From the NCBI GenBank assembly GCA_951804945.1, contig OX638158.1:43524001-43588000 (forward strand): a stretch of 64,000 nucleotides of DNA. The letters are read 5' to 3'. This DNA comes from Podarcis cretensis (taxonomy: Eukaryota). This document shows positions 23,647-38,600 of the stretch, piece by piece; the stretch's first letter is position 1; each line of letters opens with the position of its first letter. Both the position numbers and the translations under genes were made by a program. A model generated the notes under the pieces. That model was not told where the DNA came from. It saw only the letters and a program-made list of their open reading frames with translations, and did no database searches.

Positions 23647-26600
23647 CACACACACACGTACATTTTAAACACCAGAAATATCTGGATGACCTCAGCAGAT
23701 TTCCCAGTAGCAAAGCATTTAGTTTGCTTAGACTACAATTACCTCAGATGTTCTTAAATGGAAGAACTTGGCGAAACAGAGACAGAAACAATTTTCAGCA
23801 ACTCCCTGTCTCCTCTGCAGCCCCCTGTGCCCCTCTGTGGGAGGCTGGGTGGGGGACACTTTCCTGTAATTGCTTTGATTAGAAAACACTTTGAGTGTGT
23901 ACACAGAAAATCTAAACAGCATCTTCAACCATTAACAAGAATGGACTGTTTTGCATTTTACCTTTTTCTTTTGTTCTTCTGTGGCTTTAATTATTCCTGG
24001 GTCTGATTTCCAAGATTTTCCAAAATTGTAGAAAAGTGCAACACTATTAGCAAGAAATGGAAGGTGGATGAACACAAAATTTAGATGTATTAAATGTTAA
24101 GGAATTTGAATATGTTTTCTTTCCTGTTAAAAATAATTATTATCTGAAAATAATAGAATTCTGCAATACACTTTTTTGTTGCTAATTCATTTCACAGGGA
24201 ATGTACTAGATGCATGTCAAGACATCTAATAATTCTTTTTTGTCATTTTATGCTGTTCAAGTGTATCATCTTGCCTTAATTTGTTTGATAGCTCCAAAAT
24301 TAGCAGTGCAACATTATAAATGTTCTCTCAAAAGTCTGAATTCAGTTGAGCTTATTTCCTAGTCAATGTGTTTAGGATTGCAGCTTTTGTATCTCTTTAA
24401 ATCATTTTCTGACAGAAAACATTGAAATGGTCAACGATTTTTTAATATATATTTTTACTGTTTATGCCTATTAATGGCCTGAAATTCCAGCTATATCACA
24501 AAAAAAAACCTCTATAATAAAAGAGATTACCGTATTTTTCGTCCCATAGGACGCTCCGTCCCATAGAACGCACCTAATTTTTTTTTGGGGGGGGGAATTC
24601 CCCCCCCAAAACCAGGTCGGGGAACAGCGGGATGGCGGCGCTGCGCCTCCCCGCTGTCCCCCGAGCTTGTGGGGCTGGCCGATGTCTGCCCGAAGCGTGG
24701 GGCGCTCTGCTTCAGCGCGCCCGCGCTCCGTGCAGCAGGCTGCTATCCGCAGCCTAGGGAGCCCTGCAGGAACTGCCGCAGGGCTCCTCAGGCTGCGGAT
24801 GTCTGCCCGGCGCGCGGGGTGCTCTGCTTCAGGGCATCTTGCGTGCCGGGCAGCAGGCTGCTATCCGCAGCGTGGGGAGCCCTACAGGAACTCCCGTGGG
24901 CTCCCCAGGCTTGCTAATAGCTTCCTGAAGCCTGGAGAACGAGAGGGGTCGGTGCGCACCGACCCCTCTCACTCTCCAAGCTTCAGCGAAAGCCTGTATT
25001 TGCCCCATAGGACGCACACAGATTTCCCCTTCATTTTTGGAGGGGAAAAAGTGCGTCCTATAGGGCGAAAAATACGGTATACAGGGAATGATGAATACAA
25101 TAATAATCTCTTTTGGGGGGATGGATTACATTTATATTAAAGATTCCTCCTCTTCTTCCCCTCTTAATCATTTACTGAAAAAAGGAACATGTGCTTTATC
25201 TGGAAATGAAAGTGTTGGAATAAATTGCAGACCCTTGGATTTTTTCTCCAGTATTTGAATTCCAGCTGCTTCACAATTTGAAATTAACTTTGTTAATACC
25301 TAGGTATCTGTATTTTCTTCACATTAATTTGCACATAGTATAAGCTAATTATATTTTAACAAATATTTTCTACCATGAAATTACAAATGGCCCCAGTAGC
25401 ACCTTTTCTGCTTCAGTGCCTCAGCATTTATACACTCCATTGCCAAGGGAATGGCAAGCTCTAAACACACACACTTAAAACCTATTTAGCTAACATCACA
25501 AATTTCAGTGGTAACCCATCAGTTTCAAGTACAAATATGACACGCTGGAAAATATTTTTAGCATATGTAAAGGGGTTCCATAGCACTGAAATCAATGTGG
25601 GAAAGAGTTCCCTGAAGTTAGAAAGCCTGAAAACCACTGTGTTGCTGCAGATCATCAACAAAATACTGACATCAAGAAAACAATGAGCCTTAAACTTACA
25701 CGCCTGGTTTGCACATTAGTGCTAATACACAGCATGTTGGTGTAACATGGCTGCAACTGTGGGTGCTTCATTCCCTGCTTGTTCCTGCCATGCTGCTAAG
25801 CGTTATGTCCAGATCCAGACTCATGGTCTGTTTCTGAGAGCAATCCCCGCAGAGGCTTGGGAGGGAAGCTGCGCGCCCGCCAACCATATGGTTGGTGGGG
25901 TGCAGCTGGCGGGCGTACAGTGAAAGGGGAGGCCGCTGGCAAAGCCACACAGCTCTTCCACTCGCTGGGGAGTGCCCTGAGAGGCCAGTGCCCTGGCGCA
26001 ACGCACCACTAAGCCCTATAGGAAAGATGGCTCTGAAGAAAACACACTATGTCAAACCATGTGCTTGTTTCTCAGCAGCCTGGTAGGAGGGAGGGGGAGC
26101 ACACTGCATGTACACATTATAAACCATACTTGATTTAATGTGATATGCAAAGAAAACCATGGTCACCATTTAGCCAAGACATAAATTTCAATTGGACTTC
26201 ATCACCTTTGTGTAGAAATATGTCATTATAACAGGGCTTTTGAATCTAAGTCTCAAGTTAAAGTTCCCAAAAGAATATGGTACAGTCGTACCTTGGAAGT
26301 CGAAAGGAATCCGTTCTGGAAGTCCGTTTGACTTCCAAAACGTTTGGAAACCAAAGTGTGGCTTCTGATTGGCTGCAGGAAGCTGCTGCAGCCAACTGGA
26401 AGCTACAGAAGTCCAGTCAGACATTCGGCTTCCAAAACAGTTCGCAAACCAGAAGAGTCACTTCCAGGTTTGCAGCGTTCGGGAGCCAAAACGTTCAAGA
26501 ACTAAGCTGTTTGAAAACCAAGGTACGACTACATGTTTTCCTAAGTACCAGCATTCATTTCAATTACTAAACCACATGTCTAGACCACTAAAAAGAAGCT

Positions 26601-29600
26601 AGCAGAGAAAACTGTATTATGTTCTACTACAAAAAAGCTAGATGTCCTTAATTGTCTGTCTGGCATTAAACCTCTGACAGAGAGATGCTTTCAAAACTGG
26701 ACAGTATGTTCCTGTGACTAAGAAGCAAGAGATAGGTCCAAGCCAAAGGAAAAGATTAGATGGTTCCCCCCTACCCTTGTATGGTCACATTTGCCTGTTT
26801 TTAGTGCTCTACACAATGAGCTAACAGAACTACCTCTGTAGTTGGGCCTCTGAACTTATATAAGTGGGGAAGGTTAAGAAGATGTTGCTACATGAAATGC
26901 AGACATCTTGAAAAGCACTTGCTTTAACAGGAATAGAGGACAACATATCCTTTATCCTAATAATGGTGAGGAAAGTATGTAAGAGTACTGAGGGGGATCG
27001 CATGGTATCACCCAACACCAATTTCTCTCTTTTATAGGTTGTCTTTCCTGCTGTTATAGGCTATTATTGAAGCTAACCAGATTCCCTCTTATGTAAGGTT
27101 TATAAAACAGTATCAAAGCCTGTTTCGATGCAAGGTTAGAAGGCAACCCTAGACAGCACAGAAATAACTAAACAGACCTCAAGAGTCCCAAGTGGAATGC
27201 AGTGAGTAAATACAAAATATTACTTTTCATCATAATTCTAGTGACAAGCTAGATATTTAAATTAATCAATCTGGATGCCCTTTTATTTCTGATCAAAACA
27301 TATTACAGAAGCAGATTTATAAAAGGCTGCCACAGAGACATTTAGTCAGATATCACATTATTCTTCCTACTGAGAAGAAAGAAGGCACTGTTCTCTGATG
27401 CAATTGATTTCATCAAACTGTAAGACATATGAGAATAAATTCTTACCCTGACCACAATTTTTCTACTTCATTCTATAAAACAGAGCACATGTCATATTTT
27501 TTTTCCTAACAAGTTGCAGACAAGCTGACTGACAGCAGAACTTGAATGGCTAGAAGAACTAATAATTGAGGCTGGCAACATTAATCAGTTAAAGTAAACT
27601 GACATGTAGGATTTAGAGGGGACTGTTCTGGCAGCACCCACATCGCAAATGTAGTATCTACTTGTACTCTGCTATAATGTCATTAAATGTTCATAAATAT
27701 TAACTTCAGAAGGAGCCAGTAATCGGGATATGACAATCAGCACAGCTACTGAGAAAGCAAAGTCAACATGAGCAAGAAGGAAACACTTATGTAGAGCCAA
27801 AATAAAAATAAAAATGAAGAGATTGAAAGCAAGGGGGTAGAAGACTAGGACTAAATATTGCTAGGTTTAAGGACTTGTTAAAAAAAATCTTATTTTAACT
27901 TATTTTGCCACAAATCAGTAAAACCTGTGAGCTTGTGTTTTGAGTAATTTAACTAATGGGTATACACACACACAATTAACCATGTTGTCTGGGGATAATG
28001 GGAATCCAACAACGGATTCCCCATCCCTGCCTTATGTAATTAAGTCTGTCCCCTTCAATCTGTATGTCCTACTATCTGCTTTTACTTATTCCATCTGGCC
28101 CAGTCCCCTTTTACTTACTGTCATGCTTCACTACCTCTCGTGTTCGCTTGTCTCCTCCTTCAGCTTCACTCAAGTCCCTTAACCCTTTTCCATGACCTGT
28201 CTGAACCATAAAACTTCCACATCCTCTTGGTTAAACTTCAATTTCTTAAAATTCTAGCCTCTTAATTTTCTGGAATGTGAGCACTGGAATATAACCCACT
28301 AAAATGAAAAAAATTCAAATGCTGAGCACAATATAAAGGATATCGTTCCAAAACCAGAAAAACCATGTCACATACATCCAGAATTTTGTTGCTAGGTAGA
28401 TTCCAAGGGGCAGTGCACTATGCATTGAATGATCAAAGAATGATCTGCGAAACAAAGAACATAATAGGTTATTACATATTCAAAAATGGGTGTGCTAGCT
28501 CATTCACAAACAAGTAAATATAGCCTTATTTTTAAAAAACAAAGAAGCAAACACTAGAGCTTTAAATAACCTGTCCATTTGCTACAAAAGGTTTTAATAA
28601 TCTAAATTACTCAACAACCAGCAAGTATTTTTACACCTCAGAAAGTTGCAAGAGTTCATAATTACTAGGTTCAGAACATGAATCTGTTCAGCTTGTAATG
28701 TTCAAATGAAGAAGATTTTATATATGCATGACCAGAGTTCAGGATGGCCAGGCTGCTTTGTAAGCATGTTCACCAATGTTGTTAACCACTACATTAAATT
28801 ATTAATTTAAATTACGTGACCACCTAAACAGACAGATTTTAATTTTTTGTTTGTTTGTAATTTTTGCTTTTTAGGTCAATTTTCCCAATTGTTACTTGCA
28901 TACATATTATATATCCTGTCCCCTAACCAGGTCTAAAACAGTTTCATACTCCTGCTTGCATGTGTTTTGTTAAAGTAGATTTGGAAATAAAGTTTTCTTC
29001 TAAAGCCACATTTTGACAGCAGTTAAAAATAAGGCTGAACAGCACACTCAGCAAAACTCAAAATGATAGTTATTTTAACAGACTTTGAAGAAAAAGCCAA
29101 ACCCAGAACATGAGCTGTAGTAATATAATCTCTTATACTTACACAAGAGATTCCAGTGTTTAAAATATTTATCTGACATGTGCTATATTACACTGACAAT
29201 AAATAAATTTAAGATTCTCAACCATTCAAACTTTCTTTGTTTAATAATCTTACTACGAATGCATTTCTCTTTGCCATTAAAATTAGAGTCATTAAAATTA
29301 AGAGGCATATACAGGCTATCATTGTGTTGCACAGGGTTTCTGCTCTGAAACCCTGTGCTTGTCAGTGGAGCCCGTGTAAGCCCACCCCACCCCTTTTGTG
29401 ATGTTTTTGGGCTCCTTCCAGGTTCAGAGCCATGCACATATGCACAATCAAGTATCATTCGAACATGCCTAAACTGGGCATTGCCTGTAATAATTCTTGT
29501 CTTTTTTAATCCACTCACTGAATACTAATATCCCTTTTAAAAAATCCAAAAATATCCTCCTTAAAGAAGTCTGCTTATTACAGACCATTACGTTATGGAA

Positions 29601-32600
29601 ATAAAAGAGTAGGGTATTTTCATTTCTATAGAAAATAAGCTAATCATTTTATAGAGGGATTTCAATATTTGGTTTGTGAAAGAGGAAACATTACTGTTGA
29701 GCAGGCAGACACATTTTCATACAACACAACTAGTTGATGATTCATAATGTGACTGATGTGGTATTTAATGTTGTTTTTTTGCTCAGAGATAAAATATGAA
29801 TGCCACTTCAATCTAGCACAGTAAGTCTCCTATAAACTAACTGGAAGGCAGGATAGAAGGGCATCAAAACACAATTTTCTTTACTTATCCTGAACAATCA
29901 TTTAATGGAAAAGTGAATTAGGTAAAACATTTTCCCCCAAGAATGGGGCTTTTATAAACCTGTCAGTATTTTATGTAAAACCAAACTATCTACTCCAACA
30001 TATTCACTAATTAAATACTTACTTGGAAAGAAATTGAACCATAGCCCAAACACCACCATACATTAGTCCTTTAATGAGCCAAGAATCGATATCAAGGTCG
30101 GCTATAAACCCAACCAGCCAAATAACTAGGAAAGGTGTTCCCAGCATCACCTTCTGACGAAATTCCTACATAAAAAGACAAACAACAATTAATTAACCTG
30201 GATATTTATGAACTGTATAAAAAGTTAGTGCTTCATTTTAACACTCAGATACTTCATAACAAGTTTAATATGTACAAAGAGGGGTTTATCTGCAAGACTA
30301 GGAAGGATCCTAGATTCAGAAAAAATGCAAGATGCCTAGGATTGGTCAATCATTTCTCACTGCAGTGAGAGGAGAATGGCAAATTTGGGGATGGGAAAGA
30401 CGCGTAAACCCAAGACTCCCAATACCTCCTGGTACAAACTGTAGTGGGGTGTCATCTAAGCAGGGTCAGAAATTATTTTTAAAAGAGCACATTACATGAG
30501 TCATCACTTAAAGATTCTTCTCACCTTATCAGCCCTCAGCTTTCTGAGAAATGATGGATTGTCATATCCCTTTGCCTGCCTTGCCTCCTGTAGATGGTTT
30601 ATCATCCAAACATTTTTTCTTTGCTTTGCTAAATCAAGTGGTGATTCACCCTGTCAAGAGTATGAAAGATTAACAATTTTAAAAAGGAAAAAAGCACAAC
30701 AATTTCACTTTTAGAAATAGTAACATAAGCATTTAAAACTACTTAATAGTTTTAAAACATGTAATATTACTATGTTGTTCTTATAAAGCATTATTTTAGT
30801 TGCTAATTTATTTTATGCTATGGAGTTACTTTCTTCCAATCTTTTCTCAGTTTAATCAGTTTCATCAAATGAAATAAAATCTTTGCTATTTCTGTGTATT
30901 GCAACAATGAATTCATTCATTATCCTTAGTGTGCATACGTAATAATTAATGGGAGTTTAAAAGTTGCTTAGCTCTCTAGTTTGGAACAATTGGTTCTCTC
31001 TCAAATATTAACAAGCAGCAATATCCATTCATGGAATTTCACAAACAGTGAACAATGCTTATTGCTTAGTTATCAATGCCATGTACATTCAGTTGATACA
31101 GATGTTCAATCTGTACCTCTTGTGGACTGCATGTGTAGGTGTGTATTCGATTGTTGTTCTGATGCACTTACATGCAGTGAAAAATCAAAATTATACTTGC
31201 TTACCCTACTCCTATGAAATTTTCACATTTTGGATTTAACACTTTGATGGGTAGAGTCCCACACACCTAGGTTCTATCAGCATGTTCTATATATCTTTTT
31301 CTGTGTACAGATTATACATCTGTAGGATTCTACGTATGTAAGCCCTAAACCATGTGGTTGTTGGAAGCCTTTGATGGGGACCCAAAGCTAATCAGGATTA
31401 CTCAAATGCAAAGAGAGAGTGTTCCTCTTAAGTTCAGGCATGCTCTCTGGCTTGCTTGAACTCAGCACAGGTAGTCCTGCTGTTTATTTTAGCATTGTTC
31501 CAGATTTAATGATGGTGGGAGATGCTTCAGAGAGAAGGTTGGCAAACCACTCTCTTAGTGCCCCCTCCCTGTTAAACATCATGGAACACTGTAAAAAGCA
31601 GAGTGGGATGTGCTTCAGAGAGTGATTTGCGAAGCATTCTCTAAAGGTCCTCTTGCCCTCCTTTAATCATTGCTCCAGCAAGGGATTTTGACAGGTAGGT
31701 GAGGCAGTCCACCTGTATGCAGACGTAACATCTGCATGCGTGGATCTGACACACACATTAAAAGCACCTGAAAACAGGTAGGTTTCTCACAATTCACTAG
31801 TATTCTAAACAACCACCACTAAAAGTCTAAAAAATGAAACAAACTAATGTACTGATTGCAGATACCTGATTGGCAGCTTGTACTATTCACCGAGCATTCA
31901 GAAGTACCTTTACTAGCCAAGCAATCAATGACTAATTTTTATAATCTCTTCCCCAATTCAGAAGGTTGAACAAAATGTCCTATAATAGGTACCTATCTAC
32001 AGCTATTTTAGGCAAATGTGATTCTCCATTCCCCCCCCCCCCCAGTGCATGTACTGCTAACAATTCATGGTCGCTTCCCTGAGCAAGCCCCACCCACTTT
32101 GCATAAAATAACAATGTCAAAGGACAAAGATATGTGAAGTTATACTCCAATTGCATGAGTTCAGAGCAAGGTAATTCCTTTAGATCACTCTATTGTAGAA
32201 ATCCTCCCCATCTAAAAAGCAAAAGAAAAACCCAAACTGAAAATTGCCTCACAATATATGGGGTTGTACCCTAAATCTATCACAGTGATTTCTTACAGAA
32301 CCGTACTGCTGATTTACACCTCAAGAAAGAAAGAAAAGGTTGTGACTGTTCTTGTAGTATAGAGGAGGCAAAAAACAACCAACTGAAGGTACCTCCAGCT
32401 CCAGTTTTGCACTCCTCCACTCTTCTACTGAAGGTAACTCCCCTCCTAAACAAAGCATTCATGGAGGCTTGAAAAATGGCTGAATCCTCCATCGTTCGGC
32501 CCCCGCCTAAAAAAAAATGAGACAGGTACCAGAAACTGAAAAATCACCCAAGGAAAGGCAAATAGCCTTTGAGACAAGAGTACAATGCCAAAGGAGTACA

Positions 32601-35600
32601 CGTTTGAATTCCATCATCAGTAGAGACTAGACACCTAATCAGAGTTAGGCATTTAATTTCTATTGATAGGATTTGTGCACCAAAACCTTATGGGTGACTT
32701 GGAAATTTAGCCCAGTGATCATCACTGGGGAATTCAAAAGCAGCAAAACCCAGGCAACAATTTATTGGTCTCCAAAGGGGGAGTTTCCTTCCACCTGAAC
32801 AGTGTATTGAAAAAGCTTAGGCCACAAAGATATCAATTTACCAAACAGGACTTTCCCCAGCAGAAGCAAAAGAAATGAGCTCAAAAGCAGCTAATACCCT
32901 GCTAGTCAGTACATCCACTCATTTCCTACATTTGCACAGCTTTGGAAACCATTATCAATGATACAGGGTGAGTCTTTTAAAAGAGGCCCCGTGGAACATG
33001 TGTACTCTGTATCCACAGGGCGTCTTTTAAAGGACTCACCCTGTAGATAGATAGATAGATAGATAGATAGATATAGATAGATGATAGATATAGATAAGAG
33101 AGAGAGACCATACAAATCAACTAACCAAATTTGAGGCTTCTCTCAATAATATGAAGCCATGAATGGGGAACCCTCCAGAGCAGATGGGGGGAGAGGGGCA
33201 GGGAATGGAGGACTGCCGAAAATTCCCTCCCTCCCAGTTCTGCTGACAGAAGCCTTATTGTCAGCTGTGGGAATAGATACAATAGGTGACTCTTAAAAGT
33301 AGAATTACAGGTTACTTTTAGAGGAATAACTAGAGTTGCAAAACCAAAGTTAAACGTAGATGTGTATGCTTTTCTTTCAAATATATGGCAGGAAAAGACC
33401 ACTATATATTAATTATGAATATGTACCATGTTCTATATCATAGCAAATGAGATCTGAATCACCAAAAAGCTTCCTAAAATATGCTTCTAGTGTATATTTG
33501 TATTTTTACCTAGCAAGTTCTTTAAAGCCACTCCTGTAGCACATTCACTATTAGTATGCATACTTTCCTATTATTTTTCCTGGTCCCCCCTCCCCCATAA
33601 TCACAATATCCAAGATAAAAAGAAATAAAATTATATCCATACCCAGGCCCTAAATTAGATCACACCAAGATACCTCTCATATTATTTTTTTTAAAAAAGA
33701 GGTAGCATGCTTTTGCTCACTTCGGTGCCCTGATGTCTAACAAAGGCATAATACTGCCTGTTCAAAAAGAAATTTATGTTACTGAAGTCATGATGAACTT
33801 GCTATCCAATCAAAAAGGCAGGCTTTTATTTTTAAGTGTTAGGTTTAAAAGTGTCTCAGAGGAGATGTTCCAGTAAAAACAAAGAATTCTGCAAGTTAAG
33901 GGCATAATTTATTATAAGACTTATCACGCCTTTCAAGGATCAAGGGGGGGGGGGAATCCTTAAAAGGCTAAAGAATGACAGTAACTTTATCCCTACAATT
34001 TCAGCTGAGTGTCAGAAGGCACAGCCAGAAATAAAGCAACAGTTTAAAAAAAACGTTACTACTCCCCTCAAAGGGTATACCACAATTCAAGGGGAATGAT
34101 CTGCCACTCTGTTGCAGGGCTTAAGATTCTACAGGCCTCCTCTTGTTACAAACAACCAGCAACATGTTTGTATCTCGTACAATTTAGAGAGGGGAAAAGA
34201 GAGAGAAAATACTTAAACCCACCCCGAGGCCCTGGGACAGGCAGAAAGCTAAGATGATACTCATGAAAAAACTGAGATAACCTACAGGGAAGAAGCTTGC
34301 CAAAGTACCCTACTACTCACTTGACTATTTCATTACATACTTCTATTATACACTGGCCAAGGTACCCAGCCATATGCCTAGAAACTCCATGCTAAAACTA
34401 AAAACAGCTATTTGATTTCAACCCAGTCAAACAGAAATGACGTTCCTGACAGCTTAAAAGGCAAATTCAGGCAGAAAGAACATCCAACTTTTCACTCATT
34501 TCTCACCACAGCCTGGGGAAGTTTGCTTTTCTCTGTCAAATCCCTCTGATAACCACATGTAGTGTGAAACACACACAAGAAACCTAACAGTCAATTTTAA
34601 GAAGTTTATTAAGGATGGTGGTAGGAGAACAAAGGGGAAAGGGAGAATGGTGATTTAGGAAATAAAGAAAACCTTTTAGAAAAACAGACTAAGTCTATGA
34701 TCTGTATACTCACAAAGCTAGGGCCTTCATCATAAATAATGCAGCATCTTGGGTGGTCAGAGGGGAGGGTAATGGATGACAGAATGTTGGTAACATTCCA
34801 GTTTTTAGGGTTCTCAACCCAAGTAAGATTTGATTGGCAGACGGCTTAAAACAGCCGATCAGATAAGTGGCACACAGCCAAGAAAGGTCTTACCACCTTT
34901 GGGAAGTTGGGAGATGGGGCTGATACAACCTTAATGACTGCCAGATTTAGCCAACTTCCCTGCTAAATAACAGGCTCTCCTCAGTTTTTGTATTTGGACC
35001 TGGTGTGGAGCTACATGGTATGTCTGCCTCTATGTCAGCAGTGGCAGAGGTGTATGGCGGCAGCACTGGCCATACTGAGTTCTCCCACCACCAAACTCAA
35101 ACACATCTTCACTGCAGCAGCAGTGATGAGTTGCCTCACACCAGAAGCTGGCAGCACAACTACCACTGGGAGCAAGGCCAGTCCTACTACCGGAACCACC
35201 AAGAGTTCTCTTATTGTTAAGCAGGAGGTAAGGCTGTGCCACTGGCTAATACTGGCAAGGTCAGCTTGTAAGGTGTGGAACTTGAGCAGGGTATCCCAGA
35301 GGAGATGTCAGATGCAGTGTATATCTCACCTGTCACCTGGGAGCAGCCAGACTGCCTCAGTGGGATAGATGGGAAGCACGGATCACTCCCAACAACCAGC
35401 TTGATTAATCACCTCCAACTCCTGAACTGTGCTGCTTGGTCGTTTTAAGAACAACTGCTTAAGAATTAATGACTGACTTTGATTTCCCTCCCTCTTCCTT
35501 CCCCTTTTCCTTGTGCACCATATTTTTGTAGATTGCAAGCCTTTAGCCTTCTTTTAATTGATTTCATGTATGCCACTCTAAGGGACGCGGGTGGCGCTGT

Positions 35601-38600
35601 GGGTTAAACCACAGAGCCTAGGACTTGCCGATCAGAAGGTCAGCGGTTCGAATCCCCGCAATGGGGTGAGCTCCCGTTGCTCCGTCCCTGCTCCTGCCAA
35701 CCTAGCAGTTCAAAAGCATGTCAAAGTGCAAGTAGATAAATAGGTACCGCTCTGGCGGGAAGGTAAATGGCGTTTCTGTGCACTGTTGTGGTTCGCCAGA
35801 AGCGGCTTTGTCATGCTGACCACATGACCCGGAAGCTGTACACCAGCTACCTCGGCCAATAAAGCGAGATGAGCGCCGCAACCCCAGAGTCAGTCATGAC
35901 TGGACCTAATGGTCAGGGGTCCCTTTACCTTTTACTATGTCACTCTAGAAGCCTTTTTAGCTGAAAAGCGAGCTACAAATCCTCTTAATAATGATGATGA
36001 TCTTCAGTATCCTTTCCTCAAGAGAGGCAGCAGCATGGCAGTGGTGGGCACTGGGGAGGAAAAGGAACAGCAACAAGCAATTCTCTCTCCTATACTACCA
36101 CCACTCATCCTATGAAAAGCTACCAGCCCATCACACCGAGCACAAGAGATGGGATTACTTTGAGCTGGCAGTGGACCCAAACTATGCCATCTGCCTGCAC
36201 TGCAGGAAACAGCTGAGTAGGAGGAAGGTTCCAAGGCATTGCATCTCCAGCAACTTTATAATGTACTTGCACAGGCAGCACCAGTCCTCTTGATTAGGGA
36301 AAAGGCAGAGCCCAACAAGTCAATCAGGAAGGGCAAGAGGTACACACTGCAGAATGACTCTCAAGCTTCCCCCCGCCCCCACAAACACCCAAAAAAGCAG
36401 CAGCTCAGGCAGTAACAATGCAGGATATGCGGTAGGGAAGTATGGATCCACCAGATGAATGCTTCCAATTCCTATGCCAACCTACTACTCAAATCACTTT
36501 TCTTGCAGCTTTGTGTGCACTGCTACCTGGATGCCCATAAACAAAACCACTAGGAGAAAACTGAATCCCTTCAGCCGCCCCACCCTCAAAAATTCAACTT
36601 TAAAGGCGGCTAGTACAAAAACCTTCTTGTCTACAATTTGGCAGGTTCTAAATTCATAACAATTGCTGACAAAACATTAGGGCAAACAGAGGGAATCTTT
36701 TTCTTTTAGCCATCTCCCAAAAGGCTACCCTTAGCAGGAAGAGTCATCCCCTCAGAAATGAACAAATTTTATCCGATTCTGTTAAAAAAATAATACTGAA
36801 GATTATCTATAAATATAATTTAAAGGAGCGCAGCACTAAATCTCCTGGACCTATTTGCCTGTATTTGCAGGCTTTATCCACTCTGAATAGGCTACAACAC
36901 CTGCAAATTTTACATCCAGTTTTGTCAAAAGGGGGGGAAAGAAAGGTACCATCATTTTTTAAATTTTCCTTTAACAGGAAGGTGGGTTCAGCCTCAGACC
37001 CCGCTCTGAATCAGGCAGACTCTGGAAGCACACACTCAAGTTGGTGTAACATCCTGACAACACTTTCCCAGTCTGGACAAAATGGGGAGCTATGGTTAGT
37101 TAGAGGTTTCCTGATTTGTTTGCTCACACCATAAAGGGAAATTTGAAGTAAAAAGTTCATTCAGATCTGAGATACAATCAAAGATGGTCACTGTGTCACT
37201 TCAACTGAATTACTCTTTTTGAAGACACAATGCCCTGAGAAGTTAAAAGCAGCTCACAACACATAGTTTGCAACAGCTAACAGTTCAAGGAGTCACCTTT
37301 TTTCATATTGCATAAATCCAACTCTGCATTAATATACACCAGTGTTTTATTGAGAGTAGGATTGGTATACTTTTTAGACAGCCTAAAAAAGTAAATCAGC
37401 AACTAGCTCTGCAGGCAACTCAGCCAGGGAAAGGCAATGATGAATCCTTCTCCATTGTCTTTTTTGCTTCTCTTCCCAGCCTTCTTTATACGGCCCAGAG
37501 GGAGAGAGAGGAATAAGGCCACTTTCAAACTTTTGCAACTTCCTTTCTCCTTCCCTCAACCTGGGCCATTTGACGTAACATGGGATGAGTCTTTGTGCAA
37601 GAGTTCTAAAGATTAGGATAGGGAAGAAAAAACGAGTAAAGGTGTATATTCTTTACTCTTGCAACACTTGCTTTGCAATTTCAAGGAGCACAAAGCAAAC
37701 TACAGCAAGAGGTCGCCTCAGGAGTCTGAATTTTGCTGGCTGCAACTAGTATTCGCCTGTACCTTACAGGTAGGCCTGCTGTATGTCTGGAAAATTCATG
37801 ACATACCAGGAAATTGGACGCCTAAAATGGCGTCCCGGGGAAATTTTTTGAATTTTAAGAGATGTCTGAAATTTCCCATATGTATAGAAAACCGGTTTTT
37901 TATTTCTGTTTTCTGTCGTCCGTCCCCCCCCCCCCGAGTAGTAGAAGGAATGTCCCCTCTTATGTGGGAGACCAAAAGCACGCTCGTGCCCCCAGCCTCC
38001 CCCCACACAGCAGCCCCAACTGAGGAGGAGGAGGGGAGCCTGGAGGACAGTGGAAAGAGGGCAAGGGCCCCCAGCACCCACCAACCGTTGGGAGAGGAAA
38101 ATAAAGGTGACTCAATTATCCTGCCCCCACCTTCCTCCCTCAAGAGTTCCTGCGTTACCATCTCGAAGCTGCCATGGCTGCTGCCTCAAGGAAGACAATC
38201 ACTCCCCTTTTCAGGATGCAGAGCAGGAGGCGAGGAGTCTGTCTAAAAGGGAACAGGGCACCTGTGGCTACTTGCTCTGGAGCAGGTCCAAAGGAACTTA
38301 TCTCCTCAGTCCCACTCTCCCAAAGCGGGGAGACGGGGCGGGGGGGGCTCTCAACAAAGAATCTCCCTTTCTTTCCCTGCTAGAAGAAGAATCAGCTCTT
38401 GGAGATGCTGGGGGATGTGTGTTGGGTTTTTTTGGGGGGGGTTGGGGGGGAGGCCGTGCCAGTGACCCTTACCCCTGGTTTTATTCCTTTGAAAGTGTCA
38501 GGAATTTTACTTTTTGAAATATGGCAAGCCTACCTGCTGTCCTAGATGCATTTAGATTACAATAGCTGTATATTCTTAATAGGTGGCGATATTTTGCATC

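Larger units (their letters stand above)
24087..28343 (-). other. U12-type (minor spliceosome) AT-AC intron 10 of ZDHHC17
   Basis: 5' site ATATCCTTT, branch point TTCCTTAAC (24096-24104) 9 nt before the intron end, terminal AC; joining restores the ...WND-LNF... frame. Confidence 0.93.

Noticed and set aside
24585-25140. 110-157 aa ORFs
   Set aside because: Largely within a GC-rich MITE; no protein family recognised
34560-34930. Possible solo LTR (TG...CA ends, reverse-strand AATAAA)
   Set aside because: No convincing TSD or second copy, so it cannot be supported from the sequence alone
35581-35660. tRNA gene
   Set aside because: The A/B-box region is the head of a SINE, not a cloverleaf tRNA
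35991-36293. BED-finger ORF as a domesticated ZBED gene
   Set aside because: Short, the first zinc-ligand His appears substituted and no transposase body follows; treated as a TE relic
37659-38517. 195-aa and 155-aa ORFs
   Set aside because: No recognisable homology or splice context; they overlap a probable TE
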